A stretch of DNA of 64,000 nt, from positions 4,678 through 68,677 of IMG/VR virus record IMGVR_UViG_3300017719_000007, one strand, 5' to 3'. Position numbers and translations under genes: made by a program. The notes beneath the pieces are model-generated. The model made no database searches. It had not been told where the DNA came from and saw only the letters and a program-made list of their open reading frames with translations. Numbering within the stretch: the stretch's first letter is position 1; each line of letters begins with the position of its first letter. Of the stretch, positions 17,688 through 28,916 are shown piece after piece. The DNA comes from a virus.

Positions 17688-18242
17688 TTAGACAAGATTA
17701 ACCTTAGTTTCTAAAATGTTATAAGTAAAGTTAATATCAAAGGTTTGGAATTCTATTGTGTTACTTGAGAAATTTAAATCTAATGCGCTTACACCTGTCA
17801 TTATCATATCTTTCATTTGGCAAGTTACAAAAATATTACCATCCCCGTCTATCATTTGTAAGCCTATACCTTCAGGCACAAATGGATTTTTTCCACTTTG
17901 CTTATAATAGTATTCAAATACTTCAATAGCCATCCAGTAATTTACCCAACCATCAAATGCTTGCATAGTTACAGTTAACTCTTTATCAAAAAGTTCTTGC
18001 TTAGGTAAGCTGGTTCTAAATCTTCTGGTGTTACCTGGGAAATCATTTTGTGTTACTGGGTCAAAGCTAGGTCCTGGTAAATTCATTGACTGTATACCAT
18101 AATTAAAATAGTCAATAGGTTCTTTTATCATTGCACCTGGCATTCTATTTAAGTATGGTTTATATTTATCTGAAATTTCCTTAGGTATAAAATTTCTAGG
18201 AAATTCAAATTTAAACTGATTATTTCTTGCGCTTAATATCAT
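17688..18242 (-). CDS. Tail tube terminator/completion protein, T4 gp3-like
   Basis: NNQFKFEF, IQSMNLPGPSF, ELTVTM...NY, LNFSS...FDINFTY pattern of the gp3/gp19 fold. Confidence 0.65.
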   Translation of the reverse strand: MILSARNNQFKFEFPRNFIPKEISDKYKPYLNRMPGAMIKEPIDYFNYGIQSMNLPGPSFDPVTQNDFPGNTRRFRTSLPKQELFDKELTVTMQAFDGWVNYWMAIEVFEYYYKQSGKNPFVPEGIGLQMIDGDGNIFVTCQMKDMIMTGVSALDLNFSSNTIEFQTFDINFTYNILETKVNLV

Positions 18243-18252
18243 ATCCTATTTA

Positions 18253-19275
18253 TTATGAAATTCGCCTAAAGCTGGTTGGGAAGCTTATTGCATTTTTTGT
18301 TGTATTAAAACTTTGATTAGCTCTAGCCGATTGTCTAAAGAATCTTCTATACCTAGCCTTTGATTTAGCTTGGTTAGCCCTAACTGCTAAACTCATTACT
18401 TGCAGTTTCTTTTTTCTAGCAAGATCCGCTCTTAATTGAGCATTTCTAGATTCTTCTATTGCCAATTCAGCCTCGGTACTTCCTAACTGATTTGATAGAA
18501 CCTCAACCTGATCTGCTAATGCAATATTAGAATTTTCTAAAGCTATAATAGTTGAATTTAATTCTTCTATAGTAGATAATAACTCTGCTTGGTTTGCTTC
18601 ATAATTTAATATCTGTAATTGCAATCTCGCAAGCTCATCTGAATATAAGGCAGCTTGTGCTTCCATTTTGGATGTCATGCTTTCTTGTGCTGCATCGGTT
18701 AAGCCTAAGAATGTACCTGTATACAATACACTTTCGTCACTAACACCATTTACATCTTCCATTCTAGTAGAGATATAAAAGTTATTATTATCTAAAGATA
18801 AAATCTTTTTTGAGCTTTCTTTGTCTATTCTAAATAATACTTGCCCTTGTGATAAATCGACGTTTTGTACCTGTGTCCAATTAGGAATTCTAATTTCATC
18901 ATTTTCCCCAACAAAAACTAAAGTAAGGGTACCTACATTACTAAGATCTATTGGTGACTCAGCGGTATTAACGAAAGCCGCAGCTTCATTAGGGTTTTCT
19001 TGTTTTTGGTTAGCCGGATCAACAGGAACAGATCCTACGGTATCATCATATAAAGTAAAGATAATATAATCATCAAAAGGTGATATTCGTATTGTACCAT
19101 CACCGTTAGGTAAAGTTCTAGCATTAGGATCTAATACTATAAATCTCTGAAAAAATTCTTGGTAAGGTTTAGTGGTAGCTACATTTGTTGAAACTCCAAT
19201 AGGTGCAGTTGATGCCAATGGTATTGACTTTGCTGGTTTTGTAAATGCGCTTACCTTGTTATTCTGTTCCGCCAT
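18253..19275 (-). CDS. Hypothetical structural protein with long C-terminal coiled coil and basic tail
   Basis: Heptad-rich C-terminal third; Arg-rich end; structural-gene context. Confidence 0.55.
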   Translation of the reverse strand: MAEQNNKVSAFTKPAKSIPLASTAPIGVSTNVATTKPYQEFFQRFIVLDPNARTLPNGDGTIRISPFDDYIIFTLYDDTVGSVPVDPANQKQENPNEAAAFVNTAESPIDLSNVGTLTLVFVGENDEIRIPNWTQVQNVDLSQGQVLFRIDKESSKKILSLDNNNFYISTRMEDVNGVSDESVLYTGTFLGLTDAAQESMTSKMEAQAALYSDELARLQLQILNYEANQAELLSTIEELNSTIIALENSNIALADQVEVLSNQLGSTEAELAIEESRNAQLRADLARKKKLQVMSLAVRANQAKSKARYRRFFRQSARANQSFNTTKNAISFPTSFRRIS

Positions 19276-20644
19276 TGCTTTCTGTTATTGTTTGTATTTT
19301 AGCTGGAGATATTGCAGCCTTTACATTTAACTTATCTCTAAATGAAGTTACATATTTAGTTTTTACTACCATTTTTTCAACCACCTTTTCAGTTGTCTGT
19401 CCAGGTAACCCAGCACCACCTCCATTATTAACTATAATGTTATTACCATCATCTGCCGCTATCTGATTATATACATTAGCCACAGTAGGAACAACACCTA
19501 AATTTATTTTCATTAAACGCCTACCATATTTCTTAACATCAAATGAGGTTAATTTAGCTTGCTTAATTATCTGCGTATTATTTGCTCTATTATAAATTCT
19601 TAGAACATAATTAATAGTAAAGGATGCAGCAACAGCACTATTTAAAATAATTGGCCTAAATAATATTGGTTCATTAAATTGTGTAGTCTGAGTAAATACT
19701 TGTGTACTAGTTTTTGTAAAAATTGTATCTATCTGTTCGCTTACATTAATTTCATGAAATACTATATTGTCTAATCCACCTGACTCGGCATTTAATTGCA
19801 TTATAAAATCTTGAAATGTAGAACCGGTAACTTGGCCAGATAATTCAAAATAATCTCCCCCATCTGATTCAATTACACTTGCATATAGATTATCATAAAT
19901 ATCTCTACTTGGTAATGTAACTGAATTAATTTCTTCAACGTTATAATAACTATAGCTATTTTCAATTATAGTTTCATAAATACCTGTTGCTTTAAACGTA
20001 ATAGTAGGGGTATTTAAAAATCCTTGACCTTCTGTTAATTTATTTCCTAAAGAATTTGTATCTGTAGTAAGGTTAGGCGTATTATTCATAAAGAATAAAG
20101 ATGGAACCATCCACTCTATATATGATGCGTAAAGTTTATCATTTATTAAAACTGGATCTGGATTAAATACTGGAGTATCAGTCTTTAAGAAATTTATGGA
20201 AGATAAATTTAACATTACACCATCTCTCCTTGGAACTAATGTTTCAAATATAATACCGTCATACCCTGTAAAAGAAAACCCTGATATAAAATGTACTCTT
20301 ATTTTATCATATGCAATATTTTGCTCTGGTGAAAATGATTGTAATAAATTAGCAGTATCAGTTAATAAAGGATCAAAATCATTATAAGGTACACCTATGT
20401 CGGTATCTAAATAAGCATACTGAGTTTTATTTTTGTTGATTGCAGCAGCAGAAATATCTGTATAATTACCTATCTCGGCTGAAACATTACTCGTATTAAA
20501 TAAATAGCTACCACCTGTATGACCATCCCTCATTATATCTATAGGGTAATCAGCACTATTAAGTTCGGTTGGATTAGATTGACTAGTATAAATATACTCT
20601 AATAATATTCCGTCCGATAATTGTAAAAATTTAGATGATTCCAT
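19259..20644 (-). CDS. Hypothetical virion structural protein (461 aa)
   Basis: Long beta-rich ORF with late-promoter-like motif at 20650-20658. Confidence 0.55.
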   Translation of the reverse strand: MESSKFLQLSDGILLEYIYTSQSNPTELNSADYPIDIMRDGHTGGSYLFNTSNVSAEIGNYTDISAAAINKNKTQYAYLDTDIGVPYNDFDPLLTDTANLLQSFSPEQNIAYDKIRVHFISGFSFTGYDGIIFETLVPRRDGVMLNLSSINFLKTDTPVFNPDPVLINDKLYASYIEWMVPSLFFMNNTPNLTTDTNSLGNKLTEGQGFLNTPTITFKATGIYETIIENSYSYYNVEEINSVTLPSRDIYDNLYASVIESDGGDYFELSGQVTGSTFQDFIMQLNAESGGLDNIVFHEINVSEQIDTIFTKTSTQVFTQTTQFNEPILFRPIILNSAVAASFTINYVLRIYNRANNTQIIKQAKLTSFDVKKYGRRLMKINLGVVPTVANVYNQIAADDGNNIIVNNGGGAGLPGQTTEKVVEKMVVKTKYVTSFRDKLNVKAAISPAKIQTITESNGGTE

Positions 20645-20656
20645 TTTTTTATTTAT

Positions 20657-21427
20657 TTACCATTGCAAAAACTTAGGAGTGTAATTTAAACCTACACCAA
20701 CATAAGGCGCAAATCCATTACCGCTTAGACCAACACCTAGTTGTAATCCTAGTCCTAATGTTTTTCTATTTTGATATTGCAAATCTTTAAATGCCTTACT
20801 TCTTTGATCAATTAATATTCCTTCAGCACTATTAAAAGTAGTACCAGGATAGTCTGTTGAAAGATTTACAAATAATTCTTTTGTTTTATTATCTCTTATT
20901 AGCGAAGCAGATAAAAATATATTTTGCTTTAGATCAATAGTTGCATTACCAAAGTCTATAGAAGTTTTGCCAATTTCATACGGGACAAAAACTCCTACTT
21001 CTCTAAAGCTTTTCCCCCAAGACGCAGTATCCGAAAAAGTTAACGCTGAATTAAAATTTCCTACTATTGTATCAACGACAACTACAGGTACTTCTTTTAT
21101 AACTTCCTCTATTACGGTTTCCGTTTTTATTACCGTTAATGGTGGCTTTCCTTTTTCGTATTCTAATTCATCTTCAATTTCTTCTAATGATAAATTTAAA
21201 GCTCGTATCTCTGCGGCTGCATTACCATTTTTATCAATATAATTTTCTATTGTATCTAATGAAGCTTTCCAATTATTCTCAATTCTACTTGCTTCACCTT
21301 TGGCCTCGTCCGTTGCTTGACATTGTCTTAGTAATAAAATACATAACACTACAATACCTCCTAGTAAAAACATTCTTGTGTTTTTAGGATCAGTAAGTAT
21401 TCCTATTATGTTTTTTAAAATTATCAT
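20657..21427 (-). CDS. Membrane-anchored coiled-coil protein with C-terminal amphipathic beta-hairpin (DUF6549-like; possible lysis/spanin-type protein)
   Basis: N-terminal TM segment FLLGGIVVLCILLLRQC, coiled coil, C-terminal LGLGLQLGVG...PYVGVGLNYTPKFLQW. Confidence 0.6.
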   Translation of the reverse strand: MIILKNIIGILTDPKNTRMFLLGGIVVLCILLLRQCQATDEAKGEASRIENNWKASLDTIENYIDKNGNAAAEIRALNLSLEEIEDELEYEKGKPPLTVIKTETVIEEVIKEVPVVVVDTIVGNFNSALTFSDTASWGKSFREVGVFVPYEIGKTSIDFGNATIDLKQNIFLSASLIRDNKTKELFVNLSTDYPGTTFNSAEGILIDQRSKAFKDLQYQNRKTLGLGLQLGVGLSGNGFAPYVGVGLNYTPKFLQW

Positions 21428-21666
21428 AATCCTTCTTCGTAAATTTTCATTAACTTATATGGGGTAACATTGCTTTCTCCATATTTTTTAATAAGCTTAT
21501 CCATAAACGCTTTCTCTTGGTTTTTCATAGTGTCTAATTCCTCAAAAAGATTATCTCTTTTTTCAGCTAAACTTACAATACTTTTTTGCATAAGATCAAT
21601 AGATGTTTCTATTTGCTTATATCTATCTACAAAATTAGTTAATTCTTTTTTCTCTTTTTTTGTCAT
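21424..21666 (-). CDS. Small coiled-coil hypothetical protein
   Basis: 80-aa helical ORF, ATGA overlap with the downstream gene. Confidence 0.65.
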   Translation of the reverse strand: MTKKEKKELTNFVDRYKQIETSIDLMQKSIVSLAEKRDNLFEELDTMKNQEKAFMDKLIKKYGESNVTPYKLMKIYEEGL

Positions 21667-21683
21667 TTTTTATTATTTAAATA

Positions 21684-24233
21684 TTATGATGAAGCAATAG
21701 GCGCCATGTTATAACTAATGTTATTTTCCTCACCGGATGTTATGAAGCTAATAGATCTTAATGACCATCCTTTTTGAATATTAACTCCACCAGCAGCATT
21801 AGCACCATTACCATTATAGAAAGTTTTTTGTCCCATGTTACTAAAGCTAAAATTATAAAGATTAGTTTTCATTATGTATGTAGTAGGGTTCCCTCCAAAG
21901 TTAATAATATCAGCTTGGTCTGTTTCAATAAACCCAGCGGATTTTTGTGTTATAACACCACCATTATCCATGTTTTGATAGAAAATATTTAATTTACCAT
22001 ATTGTTCCGCCATTCTTATTGCTCCGGAGAATACAAATTTAGATGGCACCGTATTAACCTCAAGTGTAACTTGCTGACCATGAATCATAGAATCATTATT
22101 AAACATTAATCTTAACTCCGCTTCCCAATCAGCTTGGTCTCGTACAGTCATAGAATTAACAGCAGCCGCACTATTTACTGGTGTAAATGTTCCAATGTTA
22201 ACTTGTATATAAGGAGATTCCACTGTAATATTATATACTCTACCGTTTACATTTGGACTATCCCATAGTGGATCAATATTTACTACTTGAGTACCGTTCT
22301 CACCACCAAATATTAAATTATTGCTAATCTTAGTAGTAGTTCCATCTACTCTAAAACTCTCTTGTGAAGGATTTTCCTTTATTCCACCTGAGCCTGAAAA
22401 CTGAGGAGGTACAGTTTGACCAGTTGTGTTAACAAATAATCCTAATCTATTACCTCCTAGTACACCAGGATTATACTCAGGCTTACCTATGATTACTTGA
22501 TCAAAACCATCATTATATTGTTGATATTGTACGCCGGCATCTGTATAGTAACTCTGTGCACCCATCTGCCTTACAACTGAACCACCAACTATAGGACTAT
22601 CTGCAGCTGATGCGTCAGTCCATTCATGTTTATATACAGGAGCATCAATTAAATTAGCAGGGACCGGTGTTAGTGATGCTCCCCAGGTTTCCTTACCTCT
22701 ATATTGAGTACGTCTATTAGTTCCATTTAACACTACATTTATATTAGGATAAATAGCACTATCGGCGCCTGATGTACCTAGTGTTATATTTTCTGTAGCC
22801 TTTATGTTAATATCGCTACTTACACCTATTGCTAATAAATCAATGCTATTTGTATTTTGATTTGTTTGTAAAGTTATACCGCTTGCTATATCCACTTCAA
22901 CAGAATTAACACCTGTAATTAAACTGGTAAGTACAGAGCTCTGCATTTTTGTAGAACCACCTCCGGTAGTATTAATATGAATATCCCCAGTTCCTGCCGA
23001 TGTAAGATTAATAAAACCTGTGTTTATTGTATCTAATGTAATGTTGCCATCAACAACTAAAACAGCGCCTTGGGATTTTATATAAGCATCAGATTGTGCA
23101 ATAAGTTGAATTTGGCTTGAAGACACCAAATCTATAGACCTGGCCTCCGCTACTAAAAACCCATCGGCTGCTGTTGATGATGGTATAACAATATCATTAC
23201 CTCCCATCTGGAGACGGGTAGTACCACCATCACCAATAGTATTTAAATCAAATTTACCTTTTTGTGAACTACCTAAAGGGTTAAATGAATTAACCGTAAC
23301 TGCATAATTAGAATTAAAATAAGATGAACCAGAACCACCTTTAGTACCAGTGACATATTCAAAACCTGCACCTGATCTAAAAGACTGTCCTCTTTCAGCC
23401 GTTTCTACATTAAACCCAATGGTATCAGTACTACTGCCAACGCCTGTTGGTTGTTTAGGTACCGATATATTTAGAGCATCATCAGAAGTTAGTCTTATTT
23501 GTGCTAACTTAGTGTAATCAAGTTGCTCAAAGTTTTCACCTGCCTCAGTTCCGCCCATGAACCGTATAGCGGCTGCACCAGTATTTTTTTGATGTAATAA
23601 AAAACTAGTATTAGATGAATCAAGTGTACCAGCAAAGGCATCTACTATTCTAAAGTCTGTTGTTACATTTACACCATTAGGATATGTCTGAATATCATCT
23701 GGGCCTGCAATACCAACAGCAAAGGTAGGTACACCTTGGTTGGCTGTAGAAATAGTCTGAGACCCTTGCGGCATCATTGAAGGATATCCTACGTTTTTTG
23801 CATTTTGTGAATAATTATTAGGTGCAACCCCACCTGGGTTTCCTGGGTTAGGTGAATTACCAAATTGTGATAATCCTACCGATGCACCAGTTGGACCTTG
23901 TGGACCTAGAAGGCTAATGGTCGTAAGTACCCAAGCAGAACCATCATATTCCCAAACATCACCGTTAAATTGAAGATAATAATCTGCCTTTAGCGGAAGT
24001 AAAGTTGGTGGAAAATTATTTGGGTTCTTTCCTGGACCTGATACTGAATCATCTTCATACCACTCACTACCTCTTTCTCCTCTACCGCCTATTGGACCAG
24101 TAGGTCCTGCTGGTCCGGCTGGACCTAGCGGCCCTCCACCATTAAGGAGCAATTGATCAAAATTAAAATTAATCTTATCAACCGCTTGTGAAACCGTATC
24201 CGATGCAATTAATTCTTGTATGGTTATTGCCAT
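21684..24233 (-). CDS. Tail fibre/spike-like protein with short collagen segments and beta-repeat region (849 aa)
   Basis: N-terminal SDTVSQAVDKINFNFDQL anchor motif; GPAGPAGPTGP; repeated I-x-L beta strands. Confidence 0.7.
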   Translation of the reverse strand: MAITIQELIASDTVSQAVDKINFNFDQLLLNGGGPLGPAGPAGPTGPIGGRGERGSEWYEDDSVSGPGKNPNNFPPTLLPLKADYYLQFNGDVWEYDGSAWVLTTISLLGPQGPTGASVGLSQFGNSPNPGNPGGVAPNNYSQNAKNVGYPSMMPQGSQTISTANQGVPTFAVGIAGPDDIQTYPNGVNVTTDFRIVDAFAGTLDSSNTSFLLHQKNTGAAAIRFMGGTEAGENFEQLDYTKLAQIRLTSDDALNISVPKQPTGVGSSTDTIGFNVETAERGQSFRSGAGFEYVTGTKGGSGSSYFNSNYAVTVNSFNPLGSSQKGKFDLNTIGDGGTTRLQMGGNDIVIPSSTAADGFLVAEARSIDLVSSSQIQLIAQSDAYIKSQGAVLVVDGNITLDTINTGFINLTSAGTGDIHINTTGGGSTKMQSSVLTSLITGVNSVEVDIASGITLQTNQNTNSIDLLAIGVSSDINIKATENITLGTSGADSAIYPNINVVLNGTNRRTQYRGKETWGASLTPVPANLIDAPVYKHEWTDASAADSPIVGGSVVRQMGAQSYYTDAGVQYQQYNDGFDQVIIGKPEYNPGVLGGNRLGLFVNTTGQTVPPQFSGSGGIKENPSQESFRVDGTTTKISNNLIFGGENGTQVVNIDPLWDSPNVNGRVYNITVESPYIQVNIGTFTPVNSAAAVNSMTVRDQADWEAELRLMFNNDSMIHGQQVTLEVNTVPSKFVFSGAIRMAEQYGKLNIFYQNMDNGGVITQKSAGFIETDQADIINFGGNPTTYIMKTNLYNFSFSNMGQKTFYNGNGANAAGGVNIQKGWSLRSISFITSGEENNISYNMAPIASS

Positions 24234-24240
24234 TTCATCA

Positions 24241-27200
24241 TTATTTTTTAACTATAGTAATGCTAAATCCAAACGATTCAGTAAAACCCTTTCTTTTGTT
24301 ATATATTAGGCTAAGATCAAATGGATTTGTATTTAATAATTTTGACCCAATTGAAGTATTAACAGTTAAACCATTTTCTACTTTACCTGCATTATCTAAT
24401 TCAGCAGTAGAATAATCTAACGGTGTCTTAGCTCTAGTACTCTTAACATAAAAATCAACAGCATCTAATTTATATAACTGTAAAATATTCTGAGTTATGT
24501 ATCGTTCAACATCATCATCTAATGTATCAATATCACCAAAGCTAAACTCAGGCTTAATATATTTTTTAAACTGTTCTTTAATAGGCCCAGATAAAAATTC
24601 AATTAATCTTTTCTGTATAAACATAAAAAATTGAACCGAAGTTTTATTTTCTCTGGTCATAAATGTTCCTTCTATTAAACTAGGTTGTTTTATTGCATCT
24701 TTAATTGCAACAGGTTCATGTAAAAATGTTTCAAGTGTAATTTCTTGTGGAACTTTTAAGTATTTAGAACCTAAGAAAGATTTTTTCTCAAGCATAGCTC
24801 TTGTACCTATAATAGATTCAACTTCAGATTTATCTATACTTTTTCTAAAATAAGATGGTTCCCAGTTTGAAGAAAAGATATAAAAATCTCTTTTAGCTAT
24901 ACCTATTTCATTAATGAGAGGATATAGGCTTAAGAATGCATCCTCGGTTGATAGCTCTAATATTGTAGAAGGATCTTCTTCATTTACTTTATGGTAAAAT
25001 AAATTCTTTAGTTGTCCAAAATTTTCAACATCAGAACTATTAAACTGAGTATTTTTATATCTACATAGAGATTTTACCTTTTCTTTATATATGCCGTCCT
25101 CTGCAGGGGGGATAACAACAAACTCGGCGTAAGGATCTCTAAAATAAAACAATTCTTTAGTGGTTGGTTGATAAGTACCTGCATGTCTACCGATAGGTGT
25201 TATTCTTGGTTTTGTCTGAAGCGATAAATCATAACCTATAACATCAGTAAGATTAAATTTAGTAGGTTTAGCCGGATCTGGTAATCTTCCTATATAAATT
25301 GACTTTAAAATATCAGCCTGTGCTCTAAGCTCTATAGAAAAAGTTTCTGCCATTGTACCATCAGGCGAAAGAACTCTATTACCGTCTTTATCAATAGTTT
25401 CATATATTATTCCTGGTGCACCTTGATTAATAAATCTAAACAATGTAGCAAAACCAACATCATTTAACCTAGATTCGTATGTATTAAATCCACCACCTAT
25501 AACAGTATAATTTGCACCTTTTGCTTCAATTATAGTTGGTTGTAATCCACCTGGGACAAAATTAAAACCATTTTTTGTAATAGTTTTAGCAAATAATTGA
25601 GTATCACTTATGACTTTAGTAATGTCTTGGATAATATAAGTATCTATACTAGGCGCTGTACCAATTTCCATTCTTATAGAATTAAAAGTACCATCAGCAC
25701 CGATAGTAACATCACGTAAAAATCTACTTTCATTTCCATCAGAATCACTAGTACCTTGTATTAAGAATGCCTCCACTGATCCGTTCCAACCTGATGCACT
25801 AAAATTAATTGCACCTTGTAAAGGACCATTTAAATAAACATAATCACCACCGGAGATAGATGGCTCACAATCATCTGGTGCAGGCTTATTCTTAAATAAA
25901 CTTTTATAAGAATACAATGTTGTTCGGTCTATACTCTGGTCGCCTGCGCCATTTATACAATCATTTTCTAATTGTAAGAATATCATCATAACAACAGTTT
26001 TCCATTTATCATTTTTTACAAATTTTACCTGAGTCTCTGGTTTATTTGGTGCATTAGGTATCATCATAACAGAAAATCTATAATCATTAAATCTACCATC
26101 ATTAACATATTTTAAAGACCTAGCATTAAAATTAGGTATAGCTGAAGGATCTGCTTTTGTTTTTGCAATAATCCTAACACCTCTTAAAAATGCTTCAGCA
26201 AAATTCTTTTCATCACCACCACTAAACCTACCATATCTTAACTGTCTATCAACAGTATTTACAATATTACCAACAGCCCCAGTAGTAAATCTGTCAATAA
26301 TAAAATAATCATTAAAATAATCTCTATTAATTTTTTGAAATGTACCTGGTGAATATGTTGCACCAGTTAAAGGGTTATCTTCTGTTGAGTCAACTGGTGC
26401 ATTATCGATATAACTCCATGAACTTTTTATAGCGTCATTGTTAAAGTAATATGGAAATTCACATAAGTAATACCACTCATGAGTAAACCCTTCTGCATCT
26501 TGACCTAAAGTATATTTAGACGGTGCAAAATTATTTTGGCTAAATGCTTCATTAACATTTAAACTATAAGGTAAGTTTCTAACATTCTTACCATCATTTA
26601 ACCAAGACCATTTATTAATATATGGAATAACCCTAGATGCTACAGATTGCTGTCTTAAAAAATTCTCTTCTAACCTATCATATTCTGAAGAAATAACAGT
26701 ATCAAAATCTTCATCAGGATCAGCATCCCTAAGTAACCCTACTAATTTAGAAAATCCACCAGCGCTATAAAAATCTCTAACATTAGGATTTGAACTAATA
26801 TTTAAATAATCGCCAGTCGCGTTTTGTACATTATATTGATCGTATTCATAATTTAATTCACCCATTTGGCTGTACATAGTACTGAAAAAATCATAATCAA
26901 AATCTCTCATAGGAAATATTGAAAATCTACCAAACGAAGGTTTATAATCAGAATATAATGCTACCTGACCACTATTGGTAACATTTATTTGATTATCATT
27001 TAAAGTTATTATAACATACTCATCAACATCTTTATAACTTGTAACAGTTCCTGCATTATTTTTTACAGGGTTTTCTAAATAAGGAACCCAATCACCTATT
27101 TCGGCATATCCATTTTTTGACTGAATCCAATTACCTAAAACAAATCTATCTTGATCGCCATTAGCAACTCTTAATAAAGAAGAGTTTACATCATTACCAC

Positions 27201-28863
27201 CAACAAAGTTTTTATTATCATCTACTATTGTAGTAAGTGGGTATGTTACAAGATTGTTTATTTGTAAAGGATATTCAAAGTAGTTAATTTTAAAATTAAG
27301 TCTATTAAATCTACTTCCACCAAACCTAGATTGAACATACACAGTATCATCATTATAAGATGCAACAAAGAATCTTTTCTCTGGAGATATACCTTGGTTT
27401 ATAGCATTAGTTAATGCTTTGGCAATTTCTTGAGGAGTTCCGTACGGATTAAAAAATTGCATTTTATTAGATCCGGGTGTTGGCGCCTCTAATGAAGTAG
27501 CAGCAACTTCCCCTACTAAATCTATACCATCATAAAATGTAATTTTTAAACCGTCTATTAATTCATTATCAATTTTAAAGTAGGAAGTAGCTTTACCTTT
27601 TCTTTCAATAATTTTTGCATCAGCAAAAGTATCAGGCTGCTTAAACCCAGTAAACTTAGATACATCAACAGTAGTGTCAAATAATCTAACTTGATTATCG
27701 CCCCACGTTGAACCTTTTTTAATTGTATGAAAATTATCTTCCTTATCTTTTACATAAAAGATTGATTCGACTTCATCTACTCGTTTAGGTGTAGGAAGTC
27801 CTGTAACAGTTTCAGTTTTTGCAGGGTCAAAGAAAAGTAAAACACCTGCACTATTAGATATTTCAAATGGTGTATTTAATTGCTCGGAAACTTCAGTCAC
27901 TGATGTTATTTTAGGTAACTGCGTTTTTTCTGTATTTTTGTAAAAGCCTTCACCTGATATATCAAATAAACCTTCCTCTACTTCATTAACATATAATCCA
28001 AAATATCTGTTCATTGAATAATCAGAAGCAGTTTCATCAGTAAACAGAAATTCCATATTAATTAAATTAGCAACCAAAACATTATTTCTCTCAAACCCTT
28101 CAGTAAAAAAGAATTCATTTTGTATAATAGTAGCGTCTTGTGTAACTATTCCATCATATGAAAAACTACCTGCTGAAGTAAACCCACCTTTAGCATAATT
28201 AATACCTGCCCATTGCATAGGCTCATCCTTTCTCCATGATATATTTAAAGGAGATGTCGGAAATGACTCTTGTGATCTATAATTTCTAATATAAGATCCT
28301 AATAAACTATCTGTTGTTAAATCAAAAGTTTTTATAGCTGTACAATTCTCTAAGACGTTTTTTGTAAATGCTGAAGAAGTTTGAGCTAAATCTGAATTTG
28401 TATTCTGTAATGATTCTTGAATATTATTAACCGCAGCTGGATTATCTATTCTGAATATTACAAACTTTTCAGGAATCTGTTCGTTTAGCCATATAGGGGC
28501 TAACATTCCTAGATCTTGTGAATATGAATTAGATGAAACTGACCTAGTACCAGCAGAATAAAACATTTCATACTGGTTTTGATACTGAGATAATACAGAT
28601 ATGTCTTGGTATTCTTGAAAGACTTCATATGCTAATTCCGCAGGAAACTTTCCACCTTGAAAGAATTTCCAAACATCCCTATCATAAGTATCCTTACCAC
28701 TTAATTTAAAGGCTTTAAATGTAGAAGATGATAATTCTGTATTTGCACTAAATGATTCTAGATATAAATTATCGCCGTCACTAACCAACTTAACATTACC
28801 AGTTAGTTTAGGATTAGTTCTAGCTATACTATAGGATGCTTTATCAAATAAATTTTCAGCCAT
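24241..28863 (-). CDS. Large hypothetical virion protein (1540 aa)
   Basis: Long ORF within the tail module; own late-type promoter; no recognisable catalytic motif. Confidence 0.6.
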   Translation of the reverse strand: MAENLFDKASYSIARTNPKLTGNVKLVSDGDNLYLESFSANTELSSSTFKAFKLSGKDTYDRDVWKFFQGGKFPAELAYEVFQEYQDISVLSQYQNQYEMFYSAGTRSVSSNSYSQDLGMLAPIWLNEQIPEKFVIFRIDNPAAVNNIQESLQNTNSDLAQTSSAFTKNVLENCTAIKTFDLTTDSLLGSYIRNYRSQESFPTSPLNISWRKDEPMQWAGINYAKGGFTSAGSFSYDGIVTQDATIIQNEFFFTEGFERNNVLVANLINMEFLFTDETASDYSMNRYFGLYVNEVEEGLFDISGEGFYKNTEKTQLPKITSVTEVSEQLNTPFEISNSAGVLLFFDPAKTETVTGLPTPKRVDEVESIFYVKDKEDNFHTIKKGSTWGDNQVRLFDTTVDVSKFTGFKQPDTFADAKIIERKGKATSYFKIDNELIDGLKITFYDGIDLVGEVAATSLEAPTPGSNKMQFFNPYGTPQEIAKALTNAINQGISPEKRFFVASYNDDTVYVQSRFGGSRFNRLNFKINYFEYPLQINNLVTYPLTTIVDDNKNFVGGNDVNSSLLRVANGDQDRFVLGNWIQSKNGYAEIGDWVPYLENPVKNNAGTVTSYKDVDEYVIITLNDNQINVTNSGQVALYSDYKPSFGRFSIFPMRDFDYDFFSTMYSQMGELNYEYDQYNVQNATGDYLNISSNPNVRDFYSAGGFSKLVGLLRDADPDEDFDTVISSEYDRLEENFLRQQSVASRVIPYINKWSWLNDGKNVRNLPYSLNVNEAFSQNNFAPSKYTLGQDAEGFTHEWYYLCEFPYYFNNDAIKSSWSYIDNAPVDSTEDNPLTGATYSPGTFQKINRDYFNDYFIIDRFTTGAVGNIVNTVDRQLRYGRFSGGDEKNFAEAFLRGVRIIAKTKADPSAIPNFNARSLKYVNDGRFNDYRFSVMMIPNAPNKPETQVKFVKNDKWKTVVMMIFLQLENDCINGAGDQSIDRTTLYSYKSLFKNKPAPDDCEPSISGGDYVYLNGPLQGAINFSASGWNGSVEAFLIQGTSDSDGNESRFLRDVTIGADGTFNSIRMEIGTAPSIDTYIIQDITKVISDTQLFAKTITKNGFNFVPGGLQPTIIEAKGANYTVIGGGFNTYESRLNDVGFATLFRFINQGAPGIIYETIDKDGNRVLSPDGTMAETFSIELRAQADILKSIYIGRLPDPAKPTKFNLTDVIGYDLSLQTKPRITPIGRHAGTYQPTTKELFYFRDPYAEFVVIPPAEDGIYKEKVKSLCRYKNTQFNSSDVENFGQLKNLFYHKVNEEDPSTILELSTEDAFLSLYPLINEIGIAKRDFYIFSSNWEPSYFRKSIDKSEVESIIGTRAMLEKKSFLGSKYLKVPQEITLETFLHEPVAIKDAIKQPSLIEGTFMTRENKTSVQFFMFIQKRLIEFLSGPIKEQFKKYIKPEFSFGDIDTLDDDVERYITQNILQLYKLDAVDFYVKSTRAKTPLDYSTAELDNAGKVENGLTVNTSIGSKLLNTNPFDLSLIYNKRKGFTESFGFSITIVKK

Positions 28864-28913
28864 TTAATTTTCACTTTTTTTATTTATTCACAAAACGGTT
28901 AGTGAAAATTAAA
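28863..28913 (-). promoter_or_regulatory. Late-type promoter inside a 13-bp inverted repeat that would sequester the start region
   Basis: TTTAATTTTCACT (28863-28875) and AGTGAAAATTAAA (28901-28913) enclose GAATAAATA (28881-28889, minus strand). Confidence 0.7.
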
Positions 28914-28916
28914 CTC

